From assembly GCF_964355755.1 (NCBI RefSeq), contig NC_092675.1, forward strand, positions 28,802,912 through 28,866,911: a stretch of 64,000 nt of DNA, written 5' to 3'. The DNA is from Antedon mediterranea. Lineage: Eukaryota; Animalia; Echinodermata. The translations under genes were made by a program, and so were the position numbers. The notes beneath the pieces are model-generated. The model was given only the letters and a program-made list of their open reading frames with translations. It did no database searches and was not told where the DNA came from. Positions 11,808 through 25,776 of the stretch are shown here, piece by piece. How positions within the stretch are numbered: position 1 is the stretch's first letter; every line of letters begins with the position of its first letter.

Positions 11808-14800
11808 ATACAGTATAAAAATATATTTATATGTGGCTAAAGGAAGTTGGCTAGAAATTATACACAAATTAAGCACCATAATAATTCAAATTCTAACAAA
11901 TTATTTTCCAAGATTTATTATTTGACATAGAAAAAGCACTGATGATAATTGACCTTGAATAAGAAAAACCTATTGGTATTTTCTGAAAGGTAATAGAAAC
12001 CAATATATATTCAGAATTTAATATTATTCTACTTTTCAAATAAGTTTCCACTATCACATTTCCATATCTTTTCACGCTGCTGCTCTAGCCCGCTACGTCC
12101 CATTAGGACTACTCAATCAGAAGCTAAAGCAAGCAGCAGTTATAGTTCTAAGGACAGACAGTTTTGTGAAAATGGAAACTCCACTATGATTTATTGATTC
12201 CAGCTGCTACAGTAGACCCAAAAAACGGCTGGGAAAGAGTCTATTAGGACATGTCATGCTAAAATTACAAATCCCTATATTCACTGTCAGTGTCAGATAT
12301 TCATTGAATTATTATTGAAACAGTCCATTAAAGTTTGTGTTTGTAATAGGATACTTCACAATTGAAATATCTAGGGTGATGAAGTGACCCCCAGATTTGA
12401 CCTTAGCAATAAAATTAACTAAAGTGACAGAAATTGAGTATTCACTTCTGTAACAAAAAAGTAATATTTATTCACATATAAAAAATGAAAAGAAACCCAA
12501 AAACCATTGTCTGACAGACAATTTAAGTATTTGTTGCTTTAAATTACATTTTTTCAGGTAAAATAACTATCTATTATGTGACAATAAAATGACACATTCA
12601 AAAACATTTGAAATAAAAAATATTTTTCAATAAGCGAGCAGCGTTTTTTGTAAGAAATATTTCTTGTTTATAGTACCTTTAGCATCCAACAACATTTAGA
12701 GAAGGATATGTCCACACATTTGATATAGACACATTTCATGTTTTATTTATGCTTAATACGACTGAATTTATTACCATAAGCTACTATAATTCTAAATGAC
12801 TTGCTGAATATTCAAATATCAAATGTAACATTCTCTAATCTAATATATGAATCAACCAGTCGATAATTCTATCTTCATGTTGTCTTTATAACGAATTTGA
12901 CACTCAGTTTTTTTATTTAAAGTGTAAAATGCAGATAAACATAATAATTATTGAGAATTTTAATATTACTCGTGGGAGCTTAAAAAACAATATTATTAAG
13001 TAATATTAACTTTTCAAAGGCGCCTTGTTAATGAAATTATACTAATTTACATTTTCATCCCTTACTCATCCGTCTTTCCTAATTAAGTAGGTAGATTGGG
13101 CCCGAGGGACGCACGACGTAAATCTATGCAAAAACTTGCTTTACCATATTTTCATACTCCTATAACCAAAGATATCTGCATAATTGAAGATGAGCTTCAT
13201 TTCCGCATGACACGCTTTGACGATCACACGATTTGATGATCACACGCATTGATGATCACACGATTTTTCCCGCGTGAATGCAATGCGGTAAATTCATAAT
13301 TGATATAAATAGATTCTGTTTACTTTGTAAACAGCTGCTTAATACAGTGTTTGTTAAAATGGACAGTGATTATTCTAATAGCGATGCACTTTTGTTTATC
13401 AGGGGAGACTGAACACTAGTTTCAAACCAACTCGGGTCAATGTACCTGTAATACCTAACCAACCAAAGACAGAATGTAAAATATCAGGCTGTTGTGTTTC
13501 TTCCCTAGTGGCTGAGCCAACACAAAGTACATTCAATCATAAGGGAAAGACTGGGGCTTAAAGCACCATCAATCAAAATCATTTACCATGACAACATCCA
13601 ATCAAAGACCACCAATAACATTATCTGAATAATTACCACAAATAATTGTCAACATACAATAACACAGATTTCTTATTAAAAATATATCAACTATTTTTGT
13701 TCTCTATAATATAATAATTCTATCAGAAGCAACATTAATCAAAATATGATTTATGGCTAAAACGAAATGAGACCAATATGAACAAAACAACCTGCAGTAA
13801 TCAATTCAATTTTAAGGTAATATTATAAATAAACACTTTTGATTTACAAAGGAAAGAGTAAAATAAAAAGTAAGTTGTTACAGTACTTACTGACATATTT
13901 ATGATTAGTGTCAACTTTCTAAGCAGCAGCAAACAAATTAAAAACTGTACCAATTTGTGAGTCTCTTTAAATTTACCTGTTAACTTTAGGAGTCATTGAA
14001 ATATTATATTTCAAAACTAGAAACATGAAAGAATTATGAACATCAAAATATTTTCAGAGAAATTATCGGGTTTGTAAATAACATTTTCTCATCTCATTTG
14101 TGGGAAAAGGGCTAAAGTTAGTTTATCCAGGTAAGCTAGGCACGAAATAGAGTGTAAATAATTGAATGGTAAAATGAATAAACAATGTAAATTAGAATAA
14201 ATCCTGGAGAGTTTGAAGTGACTAAAACCAAGATTGATATCCCAACACCATTAGGCCATGTTCATTTTATGATCAGATAGAAAAAAAAATTATTATAATT
14301 TCTCATTGGCAGAAAACGATATAAAAAGATAATGATCAATAACAGAATAGTAATTACCCATTGGTTTATGAACCTCACTACACACTATGACATTAATTGA
14401 GGTAAACGATGGGTAAAAAACCTATTAAAAACGACCTCTATTTTTATATCATATTCTAAAGTTTCATTTATCACGTCTAAATAGCTTTTAGAGGACAACA
14501 TGTGTAGGATAATATATTTATTAATCGGTCGTCTAAAACAGAATAAATAACGCTATTATGCTTTATCAGCAAACGTGTATAAAAATGCGTGCTTCTAAAT
14601 CAACAAAACGTATACAGCGGTACGACGACACCGGCTTTGTATTTAGCATTCATTATCTGGTTGCTGATGGAGAAACCATCAGCAGGAGATAAAGTATTTA
14701 ACTAATTAATCTTGATAGAATAGAGCAGAATAAATATAAAATCAATTAACTAAGTTTTTTTTTATTATGGCCTATATTTTTTTTTGCTAGTTGATAATAT

Positions 14801-15830
14801 TATTTAATACCAAACAATATTATTTCTCATAAACTATACATTTTTCCAACACATTTGGTAATTTATTTTTAAAATCCATCTAAAAATAATTTATTACTGT
14901 AGCATTCTTTTTTGTTATATTTTATGTTTTGACCTTCTAAGTTGGAAAGCTGTTAAACCTATGATTTATTCTACTGGTGTGTTTCACAATTATTCTTAAC
15001 CACAACACATACAGAACATGACGAAATAATCAATGAAGATAAAATTTGAATTGAATTTGAAATGAGGAACAGGATCACTAGTGGGAAGAGGGACTAAACA
15101 AAAGGCGGAATACACAAAAAATGCATTATTTAATGGATTTTATTTTAAATAGAATTTAAGTAAAACAAGGAATGACCTGGTTTAATGTTTTTTAAGTAAT
15201 ATAACTTATTTTTACAAAACTTCTTATTGTAGGGAATGGGAGACGAAAGAAAGGAAGAAAGAGAAATGTAGAAGTTTGTGCATTTCTTGTGGCAGGTCTA
15301 AATACAAAGAAAAAATGTTTAAAATTAGCCTAAATAACAATTGAATAGCAAAAAACAAATGTATAAAAGATAAATCCATATGTGACTGACACAAGACTAA
15401 TAAAACAAATCTGGTCAAAAGTTGAAGTATAAATTTATAACATAATGGTCTAATAGGTTAAAAAGTCACATTACCAAAGTGAATAAGTTTGAAATTTAAT
15501 AGAACAAATCACACCACCTGTGCAATACTCTTAAATGTAAAGTTCAAAAGCAGTGAAGGTAACCGCAATATGTCTGAAACATTCTACGCACCCTTCAAGT
15601 GTCCTACGTGACGTCAACTGTCCTGCGCGACTAACGCACGAAACCTGGGACAACACTACAAACACGAAACTGATTTGCACAATTAAAAGTAAACCTTTGA
15701 TTTTGGAGAAAACAAAATCAGAGTATGAATATGTGAATTTTCATATTTTCTTGGTAATGGTATAGTGGTATTTCTGACTTTAATTCTTGGTAACTTAGCC
15801 CAAAGGTTGAATAAATGAATAAAAAAAAAT

Positions 15831-15933
15831 AAAATGTGATGTGCCTAACTATGGTAGCGATATGCCTAAATCATCATGTCCATATATGGACACATCACAT
15901 TTTTTTGTCACAAAAAGTTTTATAGTGTAGACA
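15831..15933. mobile_element. MITE family A, partial
   Basis: Internal motifs plus one degenerate TIR. Confidence 0.75.
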
Positions 15934-16536
15934 CAACATATACATTTACAATTTATTTAAATCTACAAATGGAACAATTTTGTAAAAACCATTCCATTAC
16001 TCATGCTGGCCACATTGTCATATATTCTGGCAATCTTGTCAACAACATTCATTTTATTTCAAGATGTTTATGACGGCAGTGAAAAATGATGTTCGTGCAC
16101 ATTATGTTTAAACAGCCTGTTAACACAGTACTGATTGTTTATATAGATCACCATACATCACATACTCTCACACAAAAATACTTACTTAATTGACATACCT
16201 GTACGTGAAAAGAAATATCTTCTTAATGTCTTAGTTTAAAAAGAGATAAATCTAACTTGACCCACATCTACAACTACATTTTTCATCGTAATTGGGGTAA
16301 TGTATGCTTTTCTTTTTAAATTTATTATATATTATACTATTTTCTATTCTATATTATTCCTATTTTCATTCAATGCAATATTAAATATTAATATTATTTC
16401 TATCATCTTTCATTATCATGCCGATACTTTAGGCTTTAGAATGGCAATTTTCACCATTCAAAATGAATTTTAAAAGCCTCATACTGTATACGGTAATTCC
16501 AGTCCTTTACAGTATGTTTCACTGTTCTTACAGGTA

Positions 16537-17818
16537 CAGTCAACTCTCCCAATACCGGACACCCTTGGGCGGGCATATATTTTCCGGTTTTTCGAAAGTC
16601 CGGTTTCCTGAAAACATTTTTAAAGTCATCACGTTGTCACTGAAAATGCTTTGAATCACCGGTCCGAATGCTGCCCGGTACGATCTCCTAGCGTAGGGAA
16701 GGCCTAGGCTATGATTGTATCAATCTAGTTTTAATTAAATAAATACTGATAGGCCTAGGCCTACTTTATTAATATTAAGCTAATTCAATTTACCTTTTTT
16801 AAAAGTTACATTATTTACTGTACCAATAAAACATGTTTCTCAATGTGTTTTTAACGGCAAAAAGGCCTAGGCTAGGTCTACGTACGTACAGTGAACATAA
16901 TTTTGGTCTGTTTATTGTTTTTCGTGAGCTAGCTAGCAGCAGCAGCAGTGTGGTGGGGGTGATAAGGGCTTTGATTGATGCGCATGTGCAGAGGTGTCAT
17001 AACCAAATAAAAACGCCCACACCTAGACCACATGTTTTTTAAGCTCCTTTATTTTGACGTAATTTGATAGCAATAAACGAGCCAAGCAATAATGACACAA
17101 TAATTAATTGGTAACATTTCAAAGTTTATTAACACTAGTTAAGTCAAGTTCATTCCGTTTACGTTTTGCCATAATGATTTCCAAATTTATAATGATACAC
17201 ATTTTTAGTGAAACATTCCTTTTTAAAGTCCTATTGCAATTGTGAATTTAACAATAATTTAAACAAAACAAAGACACAAAGTGGAATGTAAATTGAACTT
17301 TATTAAAAAACAATTCATATGCTAAAAAACAGGGAGTTGTTAACAACTCCCTGCTAAAAACAATAGATAGCGCTTCGATGTGAAAAAGCCCACCGCAGTT
17401 CGATACGCAACAAAGCAATTGCCGCCTCGTGGGTTAACAATGAACTGACCTGTCAATCACAGTGTAGTGCTCCATGGCAACATTATTTGATCGTACCGCG
17501 AAACGTCGTGCACTTCATGCATGGTGAGGGTATGGTTAAAAGCTTTTGTACATTGTGAATGTATTGAATCCGAGTCAGCGACGACGATGTTGCGTTGTTT
17601 TCGTAAATATTTGGAGTTTTTTAACTGTCAGTCCGGTTTTCAGACGCTAATTTTCGTGTTTTGTACTTCATAATTTGTCCGGATTCCGGAATTGGGTATT
17701 CCGGTTTTCATAATAAATTACAGTACATTTAGAATAGGGACAAATTGGGCCCTCCAAAAAAGTCCGGTTTTTCGTGAATTCCGGTTTTGGGAGAGTCCGG
17801 TATTGGGAGAGTTGACTG
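16537..17818. mobile_element. Non-autonomous Tc1/mariner (pogo/Tigger-like) element, 1.28 kb
   Basis: TA-CAGTCAACTCTCCCAATACCGGAC ... GTCCGGTATTGGGAGAGTTGACTG-TA (perfect 24-bp TIR, TA TSD). Subterminal TCCGGTTTT repeats; no transposase ORF. Confidence 0.92.
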
Positions 17819-18941
17819 TATACAGTAATATCATCTTATTTATTATTTTGCTTGTAATACAATTACAGATCTGCTTTTTTTAAATATATAACCTTCATTA
17901 TTAATATTATTAGAAAGGATTTCTTTTTTCTTAGAAATATTAACATACATAAATTTAAGTTAGTATACAAGAACTATTTACTTTCTAGATAATGATGAAC
18001 GTTAAATATATATTTCATAAGTTAATATTATTTTAATATTATGTCATTGTGTATGTTATATTGTGGAAGTAAATTTAAATTGGAATTGAACACACAACAA
18101 AGATACTTGTCCGTAGGATGGGTATTACTACTATGTTTAATAAATTACCAATAATGAAATACTGTATAAGGATATACAAATATAATCATATTCAGCAGTG
18201 AATGCTTTTGTTGCAGAAACGTGTTGTGAATGAAAAATAAAATTTTGAGTAGAAAAAAAAGTCTTGCTAATAAGAATGAGGTGCTGTCTACAAATAAGTA
18301 ATTACAGCGAGCAGAATACGATGACGAGCGTCCCCTGAGGGCAGTGTTTTCTTACTTGATAAATTAATTCTGATGGGTAAACAACATCTGAACCTTGATA
18401 AGTAAATAAGACGGATCGGTGTAAAAATCATCTATACCTCACAAAAATATATTAATGGCGACGATAAATATTAATAAAGATAGTATAACTAGGGTGAATT
18501 TATAAAATTGTAGAACGTCTTGATACATAGGCTATGAATATTCTTTTAATGTTGTCTCAGTTCAAACCTTAGTAATCTCAAAACAAAGGCTATGACTAGA
18601 TTTTTTTCATGTTGTCTCGGCAGCTTATAACTAAAAAACCTGCCTAGACTATACATCTACTGTATCTGTATGAATTCTTCACAAACAATGTATCATCATT
18701 GAGGTTTTATACTAGCTGTATGTGGGCTACAAATTACAATTTCTATCACTCTACAAAGGCAAAATAAATAATCACAGACTTGCTACAATTAAATATGATC
18801 GAATTCCCTGACAAATTTATGGTTAAATTCATATGCAAGTCAACTTGTTCTTCTTTTGTGATACTTTATGATTCATGTACATATTATTAATCTATACATT
18901 GGAATCTGTAATGTATTCCTAGTTTAATTATTTAGTCTTTA

Positions 18942-19050
18942 AGCTCTGTCTATACTATCATTTATGTGATGTGCCCATATTATGGAGTCATCACCACCAT
19001 ATTTGGTCATATCACTGTCCTACTTTTTGTTTGATAGTGTAGACAGAGCT
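18942..19050. mobile_element. MITE family A, internally deleted
   Basis: Both TIRs present. Confidence 0.8.
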
Positions 19051-20200
19051 TGAGTGTGTGTTCACATTCAGTAAAGGAATGCAAATTAGGTTGATAAAGC
19101 CTGTTCAGACTAGAAGACCATTGATAAGTTAAAAATATGCAATTCTTTTATGATTGGTCATTATAAACGTTTAACTTACACTATTAATTTTTTTTTCTCT
19201 GTAAAGTATTCTCTTTTAAATTCCTTTCGCACATTAACAAAAACAAATGTGTGGCTAAACGACAGTTTCTTTGAAAGACGGTTTCATTACCAACCAATTA
19301 AAAGTCTTGCCAATTAAAGACAACTTTGCTTGTAACATTACCCATTGCCATCAATTATAGAGGGCATTCCAATTTTGACACAGGATCGTTTTACTTCGTT
19401 TCTTTCTTTCTGGTCGGTTTCACATCATGATTCAGGTACAGAATGAATTATACGACCTTTCCGAAGTTGATATACTATACATATTCCGATTGAAAGTAGA
19501 CTGTTAAATTAGTTATTAGTTTTGCCAAAGTCTACTAAAAACCTTATAATGGTGGTATCAAATTGGAAAAAGCTTTATTACATTTCACAAAGTATAATTG
19601 TATTAAATTCTGCGACCGGTTTCTTTCTTTATTACGTATCATATTCTTGACCTGTCTTGTTCATGAAATTACAAACATAGCAAGCACATTAGAAGCAAGG
19701 ACGTTAATTATAATTGAAATAAATGCTGTTACAATTTGGCACCAGCAATGTTTGGTTTAGAACTTGTTCAATTCACAATTATTAAAGAATAACATTTGGC
19801 GTATTCAAGTTCACTCAAGAGTTAATGAATTGGCCGCAATTTCTTCACAAGCAGTAAATGGGAGTTGGCACCCTGAAGTATGGTGCCTTAAACACACAGC
19901 TTAATGATGCGTGGACACAAATGAATTCTCATTTGCCAAGAAAAGGACATTATCAAATTTCTAGCTTGTTTAAAATTAATCTTGTTATAATCCAGTTGCA
20001 TAACATTTTGTTGAGAATATTGTCTTTGTAAATTTACCAGATGGAATATTTAAAAATTGGAAACAAAAACAAACTTTTTATAAAAAATTATATTTACAGT
20101 AACAAAGAAAGAATACTGATAAATTGTGTAAATTATTCTGTAAGGACGCAAACCAAGAGGTCTTGAAAATACAATGTACAATAATAAAAATGGAAAAATG

Positions 20201-20316
20201 TTGCCCATATATGGACATGATGATGTCATATCACTACCATATTTGGGCACATCACTGCCCTATTAGGGCACATCACCCTTTTTTCTTCAAATTAGTTTGA
20301 TAGTGTAGACAGAGCT
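20201..20316. mobile_element. MITE family A, partial
   Basis: Internal motifs and right TIR. Confidence 0.8.
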
Positions 20317-20559
20317 AATAATGTGTTATTGCGCAAAAGACCAAAATAAATAAATAAGAAATGTGGCAGAGAACGTGACAATCAGAGTCGTCAGCGCCAA
20401 CTGGTATGTGAACGATAATAATCATTAGTAATTTCAACTGAAATGCAAGTAAGCATGAAATATGACTTTATTTACTTAAATGAATGAAGGATGACAAAAG
20501 AAAGACAATGAAAAAAATAAAGCAATAGTTTAAACACTATAGATCAAAGTTTGATTATT

Positions 20560-21240
20560 TTCATACTACCAAGAAACAGGGTCTTGCGGTAAACAAGATC
20601 AAATTGTTGGATCAGTTCAGCAACGGTTGGTATAATTGTCATCAGCATAACAAATATTGTTGCTAAAGTACATTTTAAGAACAATGAAACTTTAATATGA
20701 AGCTAATAGAAAACTTATTCATTCAGTAACTAGGTCATCCACCTATTGAAAAAGGTTTAACTAGGTTCAAGATAGTTAATCATGCGATTTATACTTCCAC
20801 GCAAGGGTTCTTATGAACTTTACGAAATTGCACAAACTGTTATGGATGATAAAGTACACAACTTGATTAGCCACAACAGAAAAATGAACAGCAACGAAAC
20901 AAAATCTTGATCAAACGCCGACAAGAGGTAGACAAATTACTGTGGGTAATCATGGATGTACAAGGGACAAAATGACGATAATTTGTACCATTAGTTGAAT
21001 GCCGACTTGGCTAAATGCCATTTTAAGGGCTTTATCGCGATCTTCTGGATAAGTTAAGGTAACAATGCAAGGTATATGGTAGGACAAAGGCCAGTCTACT
21101 GGTCTCTTTGAGGTACACAATGGCTGCCACAAACTAACATTGAAATATAGCAGCCTTGAATGGGGCCGCTTTAGTCAACATGTAAGGCCGCAATGACAAT
21201 AGCAAACACACAACAAACCTAACGCTTGCGGCAAACTCCC
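20560..21240 (-). pseudogene. Possible ancient LINE reverse-transcriptase remnant
   Basis: Minus strand encodes ICYADD (YADD at 20638-20649) within a less AT-rich, stop-riddled stretch. Boundaries approximate. Confidence 0.35.
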
Positions 21241-23441
21241 TGGTCCATCACAAATTAACATTGTTATATATTTAATGGGAGAAAATTGTTCTAATCTAGG
21301 AAAAGTTTACTGTACACTTTTAAGTATCTCTATAAAATAGTTGCTTTTCAAAACAAATTTTAAGCAAATAGACCTTTGGACTGAAGACATCTTTTTGACG
21401 CCGTCCATATTTGTTCAACTTTGTACTTCTTTTAATTGTTATAATGAATTGTTTTGAATGTGGACCATAAACAGTGAATGTCAATAATTAAAAACGTCTT
21501 CTTCCAGGGCAGTTACGAAATTTAAAAAATTATAAATGAAGGGGTATAGTTATGACACCAAACCTGACCACTTGACACATACTGTAAAATCAATTATGAG
21601 TTGAATTTTAAAATCATAGATTTAGATTTAGATCAGAAAATGGGTTAATTTCATAAGTAAACAATTACCAGAACAATTGTATGTTGTTTTCAAATTCTGT
21701 TTTCCTTGACCCAAACTCCAAAGTATTATAGACACCCGTCCTTTATTGCATTGTATAGCGAGCTTTTAAACGCAACAGAGTTGATTTAGTAAAAGATAAC
21801 GAAAACCGAATCTGATGGTTTATTTAAAGGATTTTGAATGATTTTATATGGGTTTAGAGAACAGGATTAGGATTAAGTAGCAACAAGGATTTTTTGGGAA
21901 GTTTTTTTTTTTTTATAAATCACTGCAAAAAAATGGAAATTATGTTTCTCCAAAATAGGTCATTGAAATGGCTTGTTTTTGTAGCTATACTTTTAAATTA
22001 TTTATAACAACAAGGAACTATTTTCATAGTATTATTTTACCAAGTTCAAATGTACTAGCAAGCTACAAAAGGCAGAACCATATATCAACAAAATGTAACA
22101 TAAATCTGAAACTGTAAACTTGAATAAAATTAATGTTCAGAACATCACAATCAATGACCTTTCACGACCTTTCAAAATTGTTTTCATGACCTAAATTTCA
22201 CAAACAATTTATTCACATCCTCGTAAGTAATAAATTTTATTTTTCTGTTATTTATTATTTACATAAAAACATTCTGATATTAATAATACTTTTTTAAATT
22301 TCAATATTTTTAATCCCTCGGTTGTATGCATAAATCCAATTAAGTATTTTTATTGACTTTTTTTTTTAAATATTTGAACTAATATTACTATTGTAAGCAC
22401 TCGCCTATAATAAATGGTCGATAATTGGAGGAGTCTTGTCATAAAATAATCATTAGTTTAACCTTTATTAGTTTAACCCTTCAATTCCAATGAACTGATT
22501 GGTTGCAGGCTTCTCACTATGTAATTAAATCTACCAATGTGATCCCTCCCCATATTAACCTAGTTTCAGTGGCTAAACCTCATTCAGTACATAACTAAAG
22601 ACAGCACCTATAGCATAACTCTGTAGGTCTGAACAGGCCCTTAGACAGCACCTAATAATAAACTTGATCTTGAATAAATAAACATGTAAATGTGCCGATA
22701 GGATGTTTAGAATATGATTTATTGTTTTATTCTGCCAATCAAAATATCACTGCAGTAACATATAGCAATTACTGGTATGTTAAGATCGTATTACATCAAT
22801 TCAATTTAGACTTCACAATCAATATTATGATATAATTATCAATATCCAACTGGAAGAAGAAATCAATAATTTCATTCAATAAAATTTACATAATGTAATC
22901 ATGAAGCCTGATGATTGGTTAAGCAGGTAATATTTGTACATATAGAATGTACTACAGTATCTTATTAGATATTAATTACAAATAGGGGAGTGCTTATTAA
23001 ATTAGATTTTAAAGCTACATTAATAATAGAGAAAGTAATATTATGGTAACCTCTAGTGTTATATTTAACAAATTTAAAAGCCAACAATTCCAAGGTCAGA
23101 CAATAAATAATAAATGCATAAAATTTCTATTTGAAAATTTCAGAAATAATTAGTGTGATGGGCTTGGTTCTATTGTTATGTTTCATTGTTGTGGCCTTGA
23201 ATTTGAATTTATGAACAAATTGTATTGTTAAAAGTATGGATTTTATAAGTAAAATATAGGTCAGAAATAATAAAATTGAATTTTCTTTATTATATCGCAG
23301 AATATTGAATAAATAAAATAAATAAATCAATTAATCAAAAAACTATATTCTATCAAGAATAGGCTTGAGAGAATGAGGGCTAAATTTAAGAAAATGTTAT
23401 TTTGTACTATGTATCATGACTTAGTATAAGCTCAAGTACTG

Positions 23442-23558
23442 TATAATCCCACCCACTAACTCCAGATACAAGATGTAAAAAGATGCAATTCGAATATAAT
23501 CCCACCCACTAACTCCAGATACAAGATGTAAAAAGATGCAATTCGAATATAATCCCAC
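23442..23558. repeat. 53-bp perfect tandem duplication (about 2.2 copies)
   Basis: tataatcccac restarts at 23442, 23495, 23548. Confidence 0.9.
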
Positions 23559-24170
23559 TGTCTAATTTTCCCTAAATGTTGTACCCATGCCCCATGTCAT
23601 ACAGTATATCATGTGTTATTTTATCATCAATATTAAATTGCATGTCACATGATGTACTCTCATTCTATAGTTAATAGTATTACTTCAATAAATACCAAGA
23701 GAATCTCATCTAATTTCCAATGCTTACATTTTGTTCTTCTGAAGATTAATAATAGCCTTTCTTTTGTTCTGCTCACAATGTGTATCAATAAAGCGCATCT
23801 ATATCTGACTCAATATGAGGTGTTAAATTATCGATTCTAGGTTTCGTAGCGTTGCTGTCTCTCTTTTTTTTAATAATCAATTACGTTATTAGTTTCCTCA
23901 TTATTTTAATGACTTTCCTTAATGTGACACGTATCCATGGTGATCGGTCTTTCTAGTTTATTGAAGATCACTAAATTTTGACTATAGAGATGAAGTACAT
24001 TTTTTTTATGATGAACTATTTATTACTTTGATAAAATAATAGATAAAAAACATGTTCAGAAAATAATAAATTGAATATTGTGTACAGTTTTTTTTAGATT
24101 CAAACAAAAACTTAATTTAGAAATACTGAAAACTTAGTAAAATAAATTGTTTACCAACATTCCATTCTTA

Positions 24171-24251
24171 AGCTCCATCTATACAAACTTTATGTGACAA
24201 GAAAAATGTGATGTGATGTGTCAGGACTATTTTGATATTGTAGAAAGAGCT
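24171..24251. mobile_element. MITE family A, deleted and degenerate
   Basis: Degenerate TIRs and tttatgtgacaa..atgtgatgtg core. Confidence 0.65.
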
Positions 24252-24703
24252 TTAGTAAAGTCTTTTATTTAATTCAAAGTTTTCAGTAGGTATTAATAAC
24301 ACTGGAATTTTTATATTCACATTACAATCCATCACAAATATTACAGCCATTATGTTGCATTATTAGCTGGCTATAAAAATTCAAAATGGTTTGATGCATA
24401 CAATATAATACATTCTGACCAAAAGCCAAATCTCCCATTAGAGTGAGTGATTCATTGAAATGAGAAGATGTGAAAGCGGTATAAAGGAAAAGAGGTAGAC
24501 GACATGGAAAGGGGAAAAAGAAAAAAAGGAAAAGAAAAAAAAAGAGGAAAACTGAAAAAGGAGGAAAAACTGAAAAAGGAGATTTGACCCTCCATTTCCG
24601 CTATGTTGTTTAACGTAATAAATAATAATAAAATTACAAAGTTACTGTAAAAACAGAAAGAAGGACTGATGAGAAAACTGTAAACTATAAGTAATGAAAC
24701 TAA

Positions 24704-25776
24704 GACCCCATTTACACTTCAGCTTTTAGCGAGCCCGAGGCCGGCTCCGAGCCAAAAGTGCACAAGTGTAAACACTCTGGGAACAACCGAGCCGGCCTCG
24801 AGCCGGCTCAATTTTGAGCCTAGTCTAGAGTAGGCTTCGGGCCGGCAATTGCGGGCTTCGGGCCGGCACTTCGTATAGTGTAAACACTCGCGGTCATAAA
24901 ATGAACGTTCTGTGTCAACTATAGCTTTAAGTTTACGAAACTTATTGCTGATGAATCGGAAATTCTTCATTGAAATTAATTTGGTGAAGATGTATACGCC
25001 TTTTTCACGATCTATGACAAACAATGCCGTGTGCAACGAAGCGTAACCAACAGAAATAACATAGCGTTTTCAGGGGATTTCAGGACACCATGCGGCGCCT
25101 ATGCTTATAAACTGTGGTGTTTTTTTCGATGGACTTAAGAAGTGAAAAAAAAAATTATAATTTTTTTTAATCACACAGTTCTATAGGCTAATCTTTAAAG
25201 AACATTTTACAGTAAAAATTTTGTCCATACGACTGTCCGTTGAGAAGTTACGAATTTTTAAGTAACTTGTCCTCCGAAAATAGGCTGAAAACGCTATGTT
25301 ATTTCTGTTGGTTACGCTTCGTTGAACGGCATTGTTTGTGTTGTCATCGATCATCATGGAGTAAAGAATCATCGATCGAAGATGTCTTCCGTTTCGTGAA
25401 AAAGGCGTATGATCTACTACTATTCTTTAGAAAACGAGACGCAAACATTAGTAGTACAGCAATAATGCAATTGTTTTGATCCATATTAAATACCGTTATT
25501 TGATTCTTTTTTGATAAAGTTGATAGGCCTAGGCCTAGTGTAGATCGACAACGCTTATAATATTAACTTTTTAAGACGCACATGAGCGGATATGACGTGA
25601 ATGTAGCGAAATCGTATCATCGAGCACTCTTCCGCGAGAGCAAGTGTAAACGCAATAGTAAGGGCCCGAGGCCGGCTTTTTGGGTAAGTGTAAACACATT
25701 GCGGGCTAAAAAGAAAGCCGGCGTCGGGCCGACTTCGGGCCGGCTAAGAAATCGTCGATGAAGTGTAAATGGGGTC
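24704..25776. mobile_element. Non-autonomous PIF/Harbinger-like element, 1.07 kb
   Basis: TIR GACCCCATTTACACTTCA / TGAAGTGTAAATGGGGTC, flanks taa/aaa. Subterminal AGTGTAAAC and TCGGGCCGG repeats. Confidence 0.85.
25034..25324. mobile_element. Nested inverted-repeat element inside the Harbinger-like MITE
   Basis: Perfect 40-bp inverted repeat 25034-25073 / 25285-25324, extending imperfectly to about 24990 and 25410. Confidence 0.8.

Noticed and set aside
18331-18346. CTCF-like motif CCCCTGAGGGCAGTG (similar at about 11236 and 42053)
   Set aside because: Short partial match that cannot be scored by eye.
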